Below, piece after piece: positions 54,487 to 64,000 of a stretch of DNA of 64,000 bases. This DNA is from an uncultured bacterium. Its GTDB lineage: Bacteria > Verrucomicrobiota > Verrucomicrobiia > Verrucomicrobiales > DEV007. The position numbers were made by a program, and so were the translations under genes. A model generated the notes under the pieces. That model had not been told where the DNA came from. It worked only from the letters and a program-made list of their open reading frames with translations, and made no database searches. Location of the stretch: assembly GCA_963977015.1 (NCBI GenBank), contig CAXBMO010000003.1, positions 414,560 to 478,559 of the forward strand. The letters run 5' to 3'. The first letter of the stretch is position 1. Each line of letters begins with the position of its first letter.

Positions 54487-56319
54487 CTATTCGGTCCGCA
54501 CCTTAAAGCTTAGCTGCCAACGCTGATCGGAGCCCGTGTGTTGCATCCAGAGTTCAAGGTTTCCCAATTCGGTTACAACAGCGTGAAGTCGCACCGGAAT
54601 CATCTCTCCCGGAGCATGCCCTTCCAGAACCGGAAGCTCCACCTTCAAGTTGGCGCTCTCCTCCAAAACGTTCTCGGCATCATCCACGATGCTTCCGGGT
54701 TGATCCCCACTTCTCACTTCGGAGGAAAGGAACCGAAACTCCGCCTCCTGGCCGGTTATCAGCCCAAAGTCACGCCCCTCCAACACTTGGTCCGAACCCT
54801 CTTCCATTCCCTGCGGGACAACACACACCGCCTTGAGGGGAGGCTTGAAGCCGGGAATGGCAGGCATGGAAGATTCAAGGCCAATATAATAGCTGCGAGC
54901 GGTTCCCGCTTTGATCCGCAGACCTTTCCCTGTTACCCGATTGCGGGCATAGACCGCAGCACCTCGGGCCACAGCCAAGTCCGGTTGGAAGCCCTGAAGT
55001 TCAACAGGAGCGGTTCCATCGTTCCAACTCGCCAGCAGATCGACAACCCGCTTCCTTACTCCTTCGGCACGAAAGACTCCACCATTAAACAAAATCGTGG
55101 TGGGGTGAAGTAAATCTCCCTTCGAAGAATGGGTATCCAGATCAATCAACTTGGCCAACTCCTCACTTGATCGCACATTCTGGAGACTGCGGCTTAGGAA
55201 CCTGACAATATGCTTGCTGACCACCGGATCATTTGCATAGGGCAATCCGAATTCCTGCAATCCACTGCGCGCCTGATCCTTGGGAAGATCATCCGGCCCA
55301 GTCATGGGAAAAAATCCTTCCAACACGACAGCCTGAAGCGTGGCCCGGTCCAATTTCGTGGAAATTGTTTTCGCGAGCAGACTTGATCCCCGCGACGGAA
55401 TCGAGATCGCAGCTTCGTCGAGATCAGCGGAGGCAAACAGGGCCTCCTTCGCTCGGCGGCACCCTTGAATCAGAGCAAGCATCTGCCAGGAGTCGATTGT
55501 GGTGCCTTCGCTGGCCAGCTTGGCTTGAAGCGTGTAAGCCAAGGCCAAATCCATGTTGTCACCGCCTAACAAAAGGTGTTCGCCGACACTGATTCGCTCA
55601 ATCTCCAGATTGCCGTCCTTATCGGTAATCGCAATCAGGCTAAAATCGGCAGTTCCTCCCCCGACATCACACACCAGAACGATGTCGCCTGCCTTGACCT
55701 GACTCCTCCAGTCGCTTCCGGTCTGAGCCGTCCACGCGTAGAAGGCGGCCTGCGGCTCCTCCAGCAGCACCACATTCTTTAACTCAGCAGCTTCGGCCGC
55801 TTCCAGCGTCAAGCTCCGGGCAACCTCGTCAAATGAAGCGGGAACCGTGACCACAACCTCGCTTTCCTCAAGACTCTCCACCTTTCCGGACGCCAAAACC
55901 GACTCCTTGAGGTGATGGAGGTAGCCTTGGGCTGCATCAAAGGCCGAGACTTTTTCTTCGTCGCCGATTTCGGAATTCCACGGCAGGACGGCTTTCTTGG
56001 GATCGACGTGCGGATTGGAAAGCCACGACTTTGCCGACGTTACCAACCGATCCGGAACCATCGCACCGTGTTCCCGGGCAAATTGGCCACGAAGGATCGA
56101 CTCGCTCCCGTCGTTCCACGGCACTCGGGCGACGTTGTCCGGAAACTCTGCCGCGTTCGGAAGATAGGTCGCACTGGCGAATGTCTCCTTGTCGCCCAGG
56201 GCATTGACTCCCAAGACTTGCGGAATCTCCAAAATTTCAGGACTCTCGGAGGATTCCATATCCGCCAAAGCCAAAGCGCTGTTGCTCGTCCCTAGATCAA
56301 TTCCAATTGAAAATTTCAT
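54487..56319 (-). CDS. Atypical Hsp70-family protein (short form)
   Basis: GIDLGTSN, SAKSWL, TVPASFD, EEPQAA, DVGGGTAD, LGGDNMD and RIKAGTARSYYIG. Confidence 0.9.
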   Translation of the reverse strand: MKFSIGIDLGTSNSALALADMESSESPEILEIPQVLGVNALGDKETFASATYLPNAAEFPDNVARVPWNDGSESILRGQFAREHGAMVPDRLVTSAKSWLSNPHVDPKKAVLPWNSEIGDEEKVSAFDAAQGYLHHLKESVLASGKVESLEESEVVVTVPASFDEVARSLTLEAAEAAELKNVVLLEEPQAAFYAWTAQTGSDWRSQVKAGDIVLVCDVGGGTADFSLIAITDKDGNLEIERISVGEHLLLGGDNMDLALAYTLQAKLASEGTTIDSWQMLALIQGCRRAKEALFASADLDEAAISIPSRGSSLLAKTISTKLDRATLQAVVLEGFFPMTGPDDLPKDQARSGLQEFGLPYANDPVVSKHIVRFLSRSLQNVRSSEELAKLIDLDTHSSKGDLLHPTTILFNGGVFRAEGVRKRVVDLLASWNDGTAPVELQGFQPDLAVARGAAVYARNRVTGKGLRIKAGTARSYYIGLESSMPAIPGFKPPLKAVCVVPQGMEEGSDQVLEGRDFGLITGQEAEFRFLSSEVRSGDQPGSIVDDAENVLEESANLKVELPVLEGHAPGEMIPVRLHAVVTELGNLELWMQHTGSDQRWQLSFKVRTE

Positions 56320-56401
56320 ACTACGTTCTCGATTTTCTGAAGCTGCGCACCCTAGCAGGGCGTTCGACTTCGGAAAGTCCGGATTTCGCCCGAAATCCAA
56401 C

Positions 56402-59400
56402 CTAGACCACGAATAATTTGGTCAATTTCTCGGGTTTGGCGACGGCTTTCGCGATCATGAAGTCCGCGGCGTCCTTTTGACGTTCCTCATCTCCCGCCAG
56501 TTGACCCCAGGCAAAGTTCGCGGCGGCTTGCTGAGTGTAAGCTTCGCCCTCGCCCAAGTCTTTGGCCCCTTGTTCCAAATGTTGAATCGCAGCAGCCTCG
56601 TCCTCGTTCTGCATTTCCAGGCTAGCGAGAATCAGATGCCCCAGTCCCGTCGCCCACTTTCGTGAAGCCTCTTTTTTGACCAGCCGAATCGCGTCGCGAC
56701 GCGCCAAGCGCTGGTGGTGTTTCCGGCCGTCATCCTTGGCTTTAGCTGCCTTCAATGCGTGGGCCCGTCCCCGGCAAAAGAGGGCCTGAACACGAACGTG
56801 TTGAACCAGGTCGATCTTCGACTTCACAAACCGCGGCCAGCCTTCCTCAATCAGATCCAACGCAAGATCGGCATCATCTTGATACAGTGCGGCTTCAATT
56901 TGAGTCACCCAGGCCAGGATATGTTGCGCCTGTTGATGACGTTCGGTGAAATTCTGGTTCTTGCTCCACAAACCGATGAACTCTTTGGCCATCGCTCCCG
57001 CTTCTTTCGGCTGATCGGCAGCGAGGAGCGCCCAGGGTTTCGGATAGCAGTGGAGATTGGTTTCCAGATAGAAATCGCCTCTCACTCTTGCCTCCGGAAT
57101 CTTGGCATCGCAGATTTCTCCCACCTTCCCAAACTCACCCAGGTTCACGAGGGCAAACAGTTTATAGATGAGGCCAGTATCGGGTTCCCAAAAGTGCCCG
57201 GCGACTTCGGACGTATAGATCTTTTCCGCGAGCTCGTTTTGATCGACACTGGATTGAAAATGGCCCAAGAGCCAATCGCTCGCCCCTGTGCCGAGTGCGA
57301 TCATGCCGCGCGAGTAATCATCCTTGAGCTCCTCGTTCAGTTCCCTTGCCTTCGCCAGAAAACGCTGCACCTCAGACTGATTTCTCCGGCCAAACGCTGC
57401 CTGATACCAGGCCTCCATGCAAAGGCTCCGAATCACCGGCTTTGGGCACCTCAATTTCAGGCTCCGGAACAAGCCCACGTTTTGGAACTCTCCCGCCAGC
57501 ATCACCTCACGAAAGCCAAACCCGAGAACCAACGTCCAACACAAATCCAAGCTCTCCCGTTCCAGTTGCTCCTGAACATTCAAGTCGCTTTCCGAACGAG
57601 GCTCAAAGTTCAGGGAACGAAATTTCAACCGAAACAGTCGCCTCGTCACCGTCTTTACAGCGGCTAACCATGGAGGCAACTTCCTCAATCCGGCGGCCTC
57701 AAGAAGATCTTGGAGCCCCTTGATCGCTTCATCCAAATTTCCGGAGATAAGGAACTGCTCCGTGGCCAAATGTTGGAACCGGTCCCGATCCTTGCCCATT
57801 GCGTAGCTGATTGCTTCGCGATATTTGAGCCCAGCCTGCAGACCCTGACCGGAATGCGAACGTGCCTCCGCCTGCTTCCTCAACAAGCGGGAAACCGATG
57901 CGTTGTCCAGTTTGGGACGAAAGCGCTGAGATTTCTCGTAGTGCTCAAACGCTGCATCAAAAGCAAACTGATCCATCGCCTCGTCACCGGCGCCTTCGTA
58001 GTATTTCCCGGCTTTCTCGAGATCCCTTCCGCGTTCAAAATGGACGGCAAGAACAAATTGGGTCGCCAGATCCACATGCTTCTCAAAAGCCGTCGCGAGG
58101 CTCCAATGAAACTCGACTTTCTGGTCATCGCCAAGATGCTCAAGAATGCTTTCGCGAACCTTATCGTGATAGACGTCGATCTGATCTTTCTGATGGGAGC
58201 CGTGACTCTTCGTGAACCGATCCATCATCAACTCCAACTCCGTCAGAGTCTTTTCACCTCTGACAATCCCGGCAGCCCGAAAGGCGACGGTTCGCGGAAC
58301 CGGTTGCCCTGCCACGGCGAGCACGGCCATCAATTCGTTCTTCGGCGACTTCAAACGATGAAAACGTTGCCAGAAAATTTCGAGAACATCCTTTGAGCGG
58401 CATCCTCCGTCTCGCCCGGTTTCGAAGACCAACTCCTCGATCATCTGCGGGTGGCCTCCACTTTCCCGGAAAATCCAGTCGTAGTCGATCTCACGGTTTC
58501 CAGCCAAACGCTTCACCAATTCGTCTGATTCGCCCCGCGAAAAACAGCCTAACTTAATCGGGTGTACAAAAACCTGTGCTCCACGCGCCTCCAGCAAGTT
58601 GCCAAACCCAACAACGGCTTCGCTTTCCGCAGCTTCACTACGTGAGGTCGTGATCAGCAAGATCCCCCTTCCGGGAGGAGTCTTGAGCAACATTCCCAGC
58701 GCTTTCAGACTGTCCTCATCTGCCCATTGCAGATCGTCAACAATCAGAACCAGCGTGTGATGCACGGCCACGCGCTCAAGCAGCAAGGGAATTGCTTCCA
58801 ACGCTTGGTTCCGAAGCTCCTGCGGAGAAAGTGTGGCGCCTTCATTTTCCGCGGTGCGAATTTCCGGAATCAGAGCCAGATCGCGAAACATCTTTGCGAG
58901 CGGCCCTTTGGAGCGAAGTGAACCAAACTGATAACGTTCGCGTTGCCAACCTTCCAACTGGCTGACATAACCCGCCAACTGATCCATCAGGGGTTCGACG
59001 GCGTTGAATTGCGAGGAGCGCTGTTGCTCACATTTGCCTGCCAGAACCAAAGGATGGAGCTTCGGGTTAAGCTGATCCACAAAGCTCTGCACCAGAATCG
59101 ACTTTCCTTGCCCGCTCTCTCCCATCACCGGGCAAACAACGATTTTTCGTTGAGGGGATTCGCCCTGCCCTGCATCTTCCGTGGCCAAGGAGATAGCACG
59201 CTGCAATTGGCGCAACGGCTCTCGGCGCCCCACCATCTCAAGACTCCGATTTGGCAGAAGCGATCCCCGGTCCCCGTCGGAAAGCTCGAGAAAATCGCCA
59301 ACGTCCGAACTCGTAGCCCGGTCCTGTGGCAATGGCTTCAGGAGCCGTTCGCACAGATCAGCTGCATCGTTCATCCACGGATTGGCGAACTCGGGAAAAG

Positions 59401-60436
59401 CCGAATATTTCTCCTCCATTTTGAGGCGAAGCAATTCATCTTTGTTGTCCAATTCCTGAAAGGGCTCCCGCCCCGTCAGCAATCGATACAAGATGACCCC
59501 GACCGAATACCAATCGCTCCGCGGGTCGGGATCTTTGCCCTGGAATTGGTGCTGGACGGGGGCCATGTAAACCCAGGTTCCTCCCGCTTCGCTCCACTTA
59601 TGATCCGGCATGGCGCTGCGAAAGCCGGCCGCACGCGTCACAAGACCAAAGTCGAGAATGTAGAGATGGCCATTGCGATCGACCAGAATATTGCCGGGTT
59701 TCAGATCCTGGTGAACGTGGCCATTCCGGTGCAATTCCGTTAATCCCGCATAAATCTGAACCAGAGCGCTACGAATTCTCGTCGGATCAAACCTTCCAGG
59801 AGCGCCATTCTTTCCCTCCACATAAACCCAACTGGAAACCGGGACACCATCGATCAAGCGCATCGTCATCCCAACTCGCTCGCCATCCTCCAACAGGGAA
59901 AAAGGGGAAACCAAATTGGGATGAATGATCTGATACATCTTGGAAAACTCCTGCTTGAAGAGTCTCCGCGCGCGAGCCAAACGCAGCACTTTCAATGCGG
60001 CATGCTCCTGCCGATCATTGTCGTAGACCGAATAGACGCAACTGGTGGCCCCTTTTCCCAAGACTCCACCTCTGGTCTTACGACCGGGAAGATCGACAAT
60101 TTCGAACCGGTCGGGAAAGGGAATCGCCGGCAGTTCCTCAGGCGCGGCGTAGTCCGCTATCGGAGGCGTTTCGTCCTGATTCTGACCGAGAAAAAAGCTG
60201 TCCAGCTGATTGAGCGTCGATGCAGACTCCATCGCCCTCAAAAAGGCCTCCGGATTCAGATCAAAATCGCCAGGAATCAGCTCGGACGAAGCCTTTTGCT
60301 CGTCGCTCTCCGACGGCTCGTCATTCCCCTCTTTTCCCGACACGTCCTCCTGCAAGGATTCAGGCGAGGAATTTTCGTTCTCATCGCCCTCATCATTGTC
60401 ATCTGGATTTTCGGTGTCTTGGTGGGAGTTGCTCAT
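56402..60436 (-). CDS. Ser/Thr protein kinase - AAA/STAND-type ATPase - helical (TPR-like) multidomain protein
   Basis: Kinase motifs LGKGATSCVY, ALK, HQDLKPGN, DFGL, GTWVYMAP and DWYSVG; ATPase motifs VGR, GESGQGKS, IVDDLQWAD, SGGHP and HDKVRE. Confidence 0.92.
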   Translation of the reverse strand: MSNSHQDTENPDDNDEGDENENSSPESLQEDVSGKEGNDEPSESDEQKASSELIPGDFDLNPEAFLRAMESASTLNQLDSFFLGQNQDETPPIADYAAPEELPAIPFPDRFEIVDLPGRKTRGGVLGKGATSCVYSVYDNDRQEHAALKVLRLARARRLFKQEFSKMYQIIHPNLVSPFSLLEDGERVGMTMRLIDGVPVSSWVYVEGKNGAPGRFDPTRIRSALVQIYAGLTELHRNGHVHQDLKPGNILVDRNGHLYILDFGLVTRAAGFRSAMPDHKWSEAGGTWVYMAPVQHQFQGKDPDPRSDWYSVGVILYRLLTGREPFQELDNKDELLRLKMEEKYSAFPEFANPWMNDAADLCERLLKPLPQDRATSSDVGDFLELSDGDRGSLLPNRSLEMVGRREPLRQLQRAISLATEDAGQGESPQRKIVVCPVMGESGQGKSILVQSFVDQLNPKLHPLVLAGKCEQQRSSQFNAVEPLMDQLAGYVSQLEGWQRERYQFGSLRSKGPLAKMFRDLALIPEIRTAENEGATLSPQELRNQALEAIPLLLERVAVHHTLVLIVDDLQWADEDSLKALGMLLKTPPGRGILLITTSRSEAAESEAVVGFGNLLEARGAQVFVHPIKLGCFSRGESDELVKRLAGNREIDYDWIFRESGGHPQMIEELVFETGRDGGCRSKDVLEIFWQRFHRLKSPKNELMAVLAVAGQPVPRTVAFRAAGIVRGEKTLTELELMMDRFTKSHGSHQKDQIDVYHDKVRESILEHLGDDQKVEFHWSLATAFEKHVDLATQFVLAVHFERGRDLEKAGKYYEGAGDEAMDQFAFDAAFEHYEKSQRFRPKLDNASVSRLLRKQAEARSHSGQGLQAGLKYREAISYAMGKDRDRFQHLATEQFLISGNLDEAIKGLQDLLEAAGLRKLPPWLAAVKTVTRRLFRLKFRSLNFEPRSESDLNVQEQLERESLDLCWTLVLGFGFREVMLAGEFQNVGLFRSLKLRCPKPVIRSLCMEAWYQAAFGRRNQSEVQRFLAKARELNEELKDDYSRGMIALGTGASDWLLGHFQSSVDQNELAEKIYTSEVAGHFWEPDTGLIYKLFALVNLGEFGKVGEICDAKIPEARVRGDFYLETNLHCYPKPWALLAADQPKEAGAMAKEFIGLWSKNQNFTERHQQAQHILAWVTQIEAALYQDDADLALDLIEEGWPRFVKSKIDLVQHVRVQALFCRGRAHALKAAKAKDDGRKHHQRLARRDAIRLVKKEASRKWATGLGHLILASLEMQNEDEAAAIQHLEQGAKDLGEGEAYTQQAAANFAWGQLAGDEERQKDAADFMIAKAVAKPEKLTKLFVV

Positions 60437-60606
60437 AGGCCCCGAGCAACGCCGATTCTACAAGATTGAAACGGTGTGGGAAGCGCTTTTTCGGGATATC
60501 TCGCAAGGGTCACGACGTCTGGAATACTCTCCGAAAAGCCGGAAATGCCACCTCACAGCGGTTGAATAATGAGAAGAGGAGAGCGAAAAGCAGGCCTACC
60601 GATCGA

Positions 60607-61863
60607 ATGGCTCTTCCCGACCCCATCCACCGTCGCAACTTCGTCCTTCATTGCATGGAGGGCGGAATTTACATGGGCGGATTGGCGTTTGTCTCGGCGG
60701 AGACAGTGTTGCCCAAATTGGTCCAGTCTTTGGGTGGCCCGGACTGGGTCATCTCGCTGATGCCGAGCCTGTTGCTGATGTTCATGTTTGCTCCGGGCAT
60801 CATTGCGAGCCCTCTCATTGAACGATTGCCGCGGCTTTTTCCCTTTGTGGCCAGCTTTGGCGTCGTCCAGCGCCTCCCCTATCTCATCGCCGCCCTCATC
60901 CTCTACTTTGGGCATGACTCCCTACCTCATTTGATCCTTTGGGTCGTGATTTTGACTCCCATCATCTCAGGATTTTCCGGGGGATTCGCAATTCCCGCCT
61001 GGATGGAAATGGTGACCCGAATGATTCCTGAGAAACGACGCGCCTCGGGCTGGGCCTTCCGCTTCATCATTGGCAGCCTTCTCGGAATCCTCGCCGGATT
61101 CATGGTCGAGCAGATCCTCAAAACCTGGCCCGGAGCAGAAGGCTATGGTCTTTTGCACGGAGCGGCGTTTGCCCTTCTCATGCTCAGTTTCACGATCTTT
61201 CTGTTCCTTCGCGAAACAGACTATCCAGAACCGGTCCCCCACTCCAAGGACTGGTATGGAAAGCAGATCCGGATTTTTGGCGAGATTTTCAGCTCGCGAT
61301 CGGCTTTTCGCAGAATGCTGATGGTCCGGATTTCAGGTCTGGGCTTCCTCTGTGTAGCCCCCTTCCTTTCCATTACCGCGTTGGAAGTGACAAACCTTCC
61401 GGAGAGCACCCTCGGACGATTTGTAACGGTTCAGATGTTGGGAGGAATCACGGGCAATTTCCTGGCCGGATGGCTGGGGGATCGATTTGGCGGCAAAGCC
61501 GTTCTCCTCACGGCGAAAAGCCTTCAACTGGGACTTTGCACGTTCCTTGTCGTCACCAGCTCCTATTCCGGGTTCATGGTCGCCTTTTTCCTCTTTGGAA
61601 TGGTGTTCTTCATGATTCAGGTCGGCGATCAAACCCTTGGCATAGAGCTCGCGCCACGTTCCCGACGGGCGGCGTTCCTCGCCTCGCTCAACTTCTCCTA
61701 CATCCCAGGTAGCCTGATCGCGAGTTTTCTGGCCTGGTTCATGCATCGTCAATTCGACGCCTTTTACCCGACTGCGATTTCCGCCGCCGTCATGGTGGCC
61801 CTATCACTCCTGTTGTTGTCAGGAATCAGGGAACCACGGTCGCAAATCGCTCAATCCGACTAA
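60607..61863 (+). CDS. MFS transporter
   Basis: About 12 hydrophobic segments; [10 protein letters not shown]. Confidence 0.88.
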   Translation: MALPDPIHRRNFVLHCMEGGIYMGGLAFVSAETVLPKLVQSLGGPDWVISLMPSLLLMFMFAPGIIASPLIERLPRLFPFVASFGVVQRLPYLIAALILYFGHDSLPHLILWVVILTPIISGFSGGFAIPAWMEMVTRMIPEKRRASGWAFRFIIGSLLGILAGFMVEQILKTWPGAEGYGLLHGAAFALLMLSFTIFLFLRETDYPEPVPHSKDWYGKQIRIFGEIFSSRSAFRRMLMVRISGLGFLCVAPFLSITALEVTNLPESTLGRFVTVQMLGGITGNFLAGWLGDRFGGKAVLLTAKSLQLGLCTFLVVTSSYSGFMVAFFLFGMVFFMIQVGDQTLGIELAPRSRRAAFLASLNFSYIPGSLIASFLAWFMHRQFDAFYPTAISAAVMVALSLLLLSGIREPRSQIAQSD

Positions 61864-61907
61864 AGAAACCGGATGCAATCCAGAAGAGACTGGATATAGA
61901 CCCTGAC

Positions 61908-63092
61908 ATGTCCTCCATCGGAACACCGTTTACTTTTACCGCGACGAAAGTCCTGCTTTGCGGCGCTGGCGAACTCGGCAAGGAAGTCGTGATCGAACTC
62001 CAGCGCTATGGCGTTGAAGTTATTGCGATCGATGCCTACGACGACGCCCCCGCCATGCAGGTCGCGGATCGCGCTTATGTCATTCCCATGCTGGATGGCG
62101 ACCTGCTCCGCAAGGTGATCGAAGAGGAGAAGCCCGACTTGGTGGTTCCCGAAGTTGAGGCCATTGCAACCGACACGCTCGAAGCGTTGGAAAACAAAGG
62201 CGTCGTCACCGTCATTCCAACGGCGCGCGCAACCGTCTTGACCATGAACCGGGAGGGAATTCGTCGTCTCGCCGCCGAGGAGTTGAAATTAAAGACTTCT
62301 CCCTACCGATTTGCCGGGACCGAGACAGAGTTTCAAAGTGCGATAGAGGAGATCGGCCTACCTTGTGTGGTCAAGCCGATCATGAGTTCCTCCGGAAAGG
62401 GACAAAGTCTGGTAAAAACCAGGGACCAACTGAAGGAAGCCTGGAAATACGCTCAGGAAGGTGGCCGCGCGGGCGGCGGAAAAGTCATTGTGGAAGGCTT
62501 TGTCGACTTCGATTACGAAATTACGCTCCTAACCGTGCGCCACATTCATGGAACCGCTTTCTGTGCCCCCATCGGTCACGTCCAGGTCGATGGCGATTAC
62601 CGGGAGAGCTGGCAACCGCAGCCCATGAGCGACAAAGCTCTGGCCAACGCCAAGAGCTACGCTCAATCCATCACCGACGCCCTGGGTGGCACCGGCGTGT
62701 TTGGGGTCGAACTGTTCGTCAAGGGTGATGACATTTACTTCAGCGAAGTTTCACCCCGACCTCATGACACCGGCATGGTCACGATGATTTCCCAGGATCT
62801 CAGTCAGTTCGCACTGCACGCCCGGGCCATTTTGGATCTTCCGATTCCCAATATCCAACAACACGGACCATCCGCTTCCTGTGTTCTCCTCGCGGAAGGA
62901 GAATCGGATCGTGTCCGGTTTGGTAATCTGGATGAAGCACTTCGCCAACCCGATACTCAACTCCGCCTGTTTGGGAAACCGAGCGTTTCCGGCAAGCGAC
63001 GAATGGGCGTGGCCCTGGCCCGCGGAAGCTCGATCGACAACGCTCGAGAAAAGGCAAGAGCCGTGTCGGAATCGGTCTCGATCCGCCTTTAA
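61908..63092 (+). CDS. purT: Formate-dependent phosphoribosylglycinamide formyltransferase
   Basis: [48 protein letters not shown] and RRMGVALA. Confidence 0.98.
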   Translation: MSSIGTPFTFTATKVLLCGAGELGKEVVIELQRYGVEVIAIDAYDDAPAMQVADRAYVIPMLDGDLLRKVIEEEKPDLVVPEVEAIATDTLEALENKGVVTVIPTARATVLTMNREGIRRLAAEELKLKTSPYRFAGTETEFQSAIEEIGLPCVVKPIMSSSGKGQSLVKTRDQLKEAWKYAQEGGRAGGGKVIVEGFVDFDYEITLLTVRHIHGTAFCAPIGHVQVDGDYRESWQPQPMSDKALANAKSYAQSITDALGGTGVFGVELFVKGDDIYFSEVSPRPHDTGMVTMISQDLSQFALHARAILDLPIPNIQQHGPSASCVLLAEGESDRVRFGNLDEALRQPDTQLRLFGKPSVSGKRRMGVALARGSSIDNAREKARAVSESVSIRL

Positions 63093-63602
63093 ATAGATCA
63101 GTTTCAGTGAACTGGTAACCAATGAAGATGACTGGAATCAAGAAAAGGTTCGGCTTCACCGAAGGAAAAGTATCAGCAGAATCTTTGATTACTTGCTGCG
63201 TTCTTGCTTAGTCACAGAGCTTACTCTACTCGTTCACAACGCCTTGCCGGAAGCCAAATCGCCGCACGACATCGGCAACATTTCCTCTGAAAATTCTTTG
63301 GCGCCTTTATAGATAACAATCACTGATTTGAGTTACCTAAGATTTCTCAAAAATTCAGACTATTGATCGGCTAGCCGTTCCCCTCCCAACACTTTCGCAG
63401 CGGTTCCGCTGCCATCTGATTTAGATGATTCGGTAGTTCTGAAACCCCATGATGGTTTCGCCAAATTGCAGGTATCGGCCGAATCCGCCTAGGTAATCGC
63501 GGGAAAAAACTGGACCCCGAGTATCAAGTGAATCCATGGCTGACATTGGACGAAAAATCTTATTGAGCATGACCTCAGTACTTCTGTCACTATCCCACAT
63601 TT

Positions 63603-63992
63603 TTACTCAATCGCTAAATCCGTAACCGATTGCATCTCCACTTCTAATTTAAACCAACCTTCTTTCAGAAGCTTCAACGCCCCTGGCACAGTAGATCTCG
63701 GTGAATTAATGACCGTAGTCTTTAACAGTAAGTCGAGAGATTTACCAAAAGGAGGCTTTTCACCATTCTCGAGCGGAATCAAATCTCCCAAGAATTGCAT
63801 TTCCCATCCATCTACCTTCGCGTGCTTTTTGCTTTCATCAACTAAGCCCTCAAATTGCAGTCGCCCCTTCTTATACCCTCGAACCTTCTTTGATCGAGCT
63901 CCCAGGCCTACTTTCGAAACTTCCGGTCGACCGGCAATCGCGCTATTGACCTGTTTCCCGAAAAATGGACACTTGAAAACTGAAGTTCTGCG
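63603..63992 (-). other. Low-GC open frame; possible gene remnant or short CDS
   Basis: The frame is open from 63992 to 63603 (TAG at 63993-63995), but the first ATG is at 63800. No recognisable motif. Confidence 0.25.
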
Positions 63993-64000
63993 CTACCCTA

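Noticed and set aside
9324-61863. N-terminal extensions in the ORF track (e.g. starts at 10256, 13881, 40184, 41355, 56400, 60466)
   Set aside because: They overlap neighbouring genes or promoters and precede the recognisable family N-termini, so the starts were trimmed.
1-64000. CRISPR arrays, tRNA/rRNA genes, transposases, integrases and prophage genes
   Set aside because: No regularly spaced direct repeats, cloverleaf or rRNA signatures, or relevant protein motifs were seen; the intergenic gaps are short.

Overview
This 64-kb window looks like gene-dense core chromosome from a PVC-superphylum bacterium, probably Verrucomicrobiota. That assignment is inferred from the planctomycete-type cytochrome c/SHD1, DUF1573, BatA/B/C-like and Ser/Thr kinase-ATPase-TPR genes, not from a marker gene. 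It holds about 57 CDSs. Housekeeping genes include dnaG, scpA, mscL, a SurA-like PPIase, purT, moaD, mobA, znuC/znuB and galM. There are also two PPK2 enzymes, scattered sugar-acid catabolism genes and two atypical Hsp70s. I found no rRNA, tRNA, CRISPR array or IS element. Four things stand out. (1) A four-gene minus-strand block at 31.7-36.5 kb encodes a membrane-anchored coiled coil, a 574-aa rod with an exact 80-residue proline-punctuated repeat, a 4-TM protein and a MinD/ParA ATPase fused to three TM helices; it is a candidate cytoskeletal or positioning system. (2) A probable unannotated ~115-nt minus-strand sRNA lies at about 8.26-8.37 kb, with a promoter, a GCAA tetraloop and a terminator. 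(3) A kinase-ATPase-TPR / Hsp70 / pseudo-receiver / Sel1 signalling block spans 51.5-60.4 kb, with a second Hsp70 about 9 kb away. (4) An NfeD protein has a duplicated protease domain, one copy apparently inactive. All family calls come from recognising motifs by eye; no database searches were run. Several starts were trimmed from the ORF track to more plausible codons.
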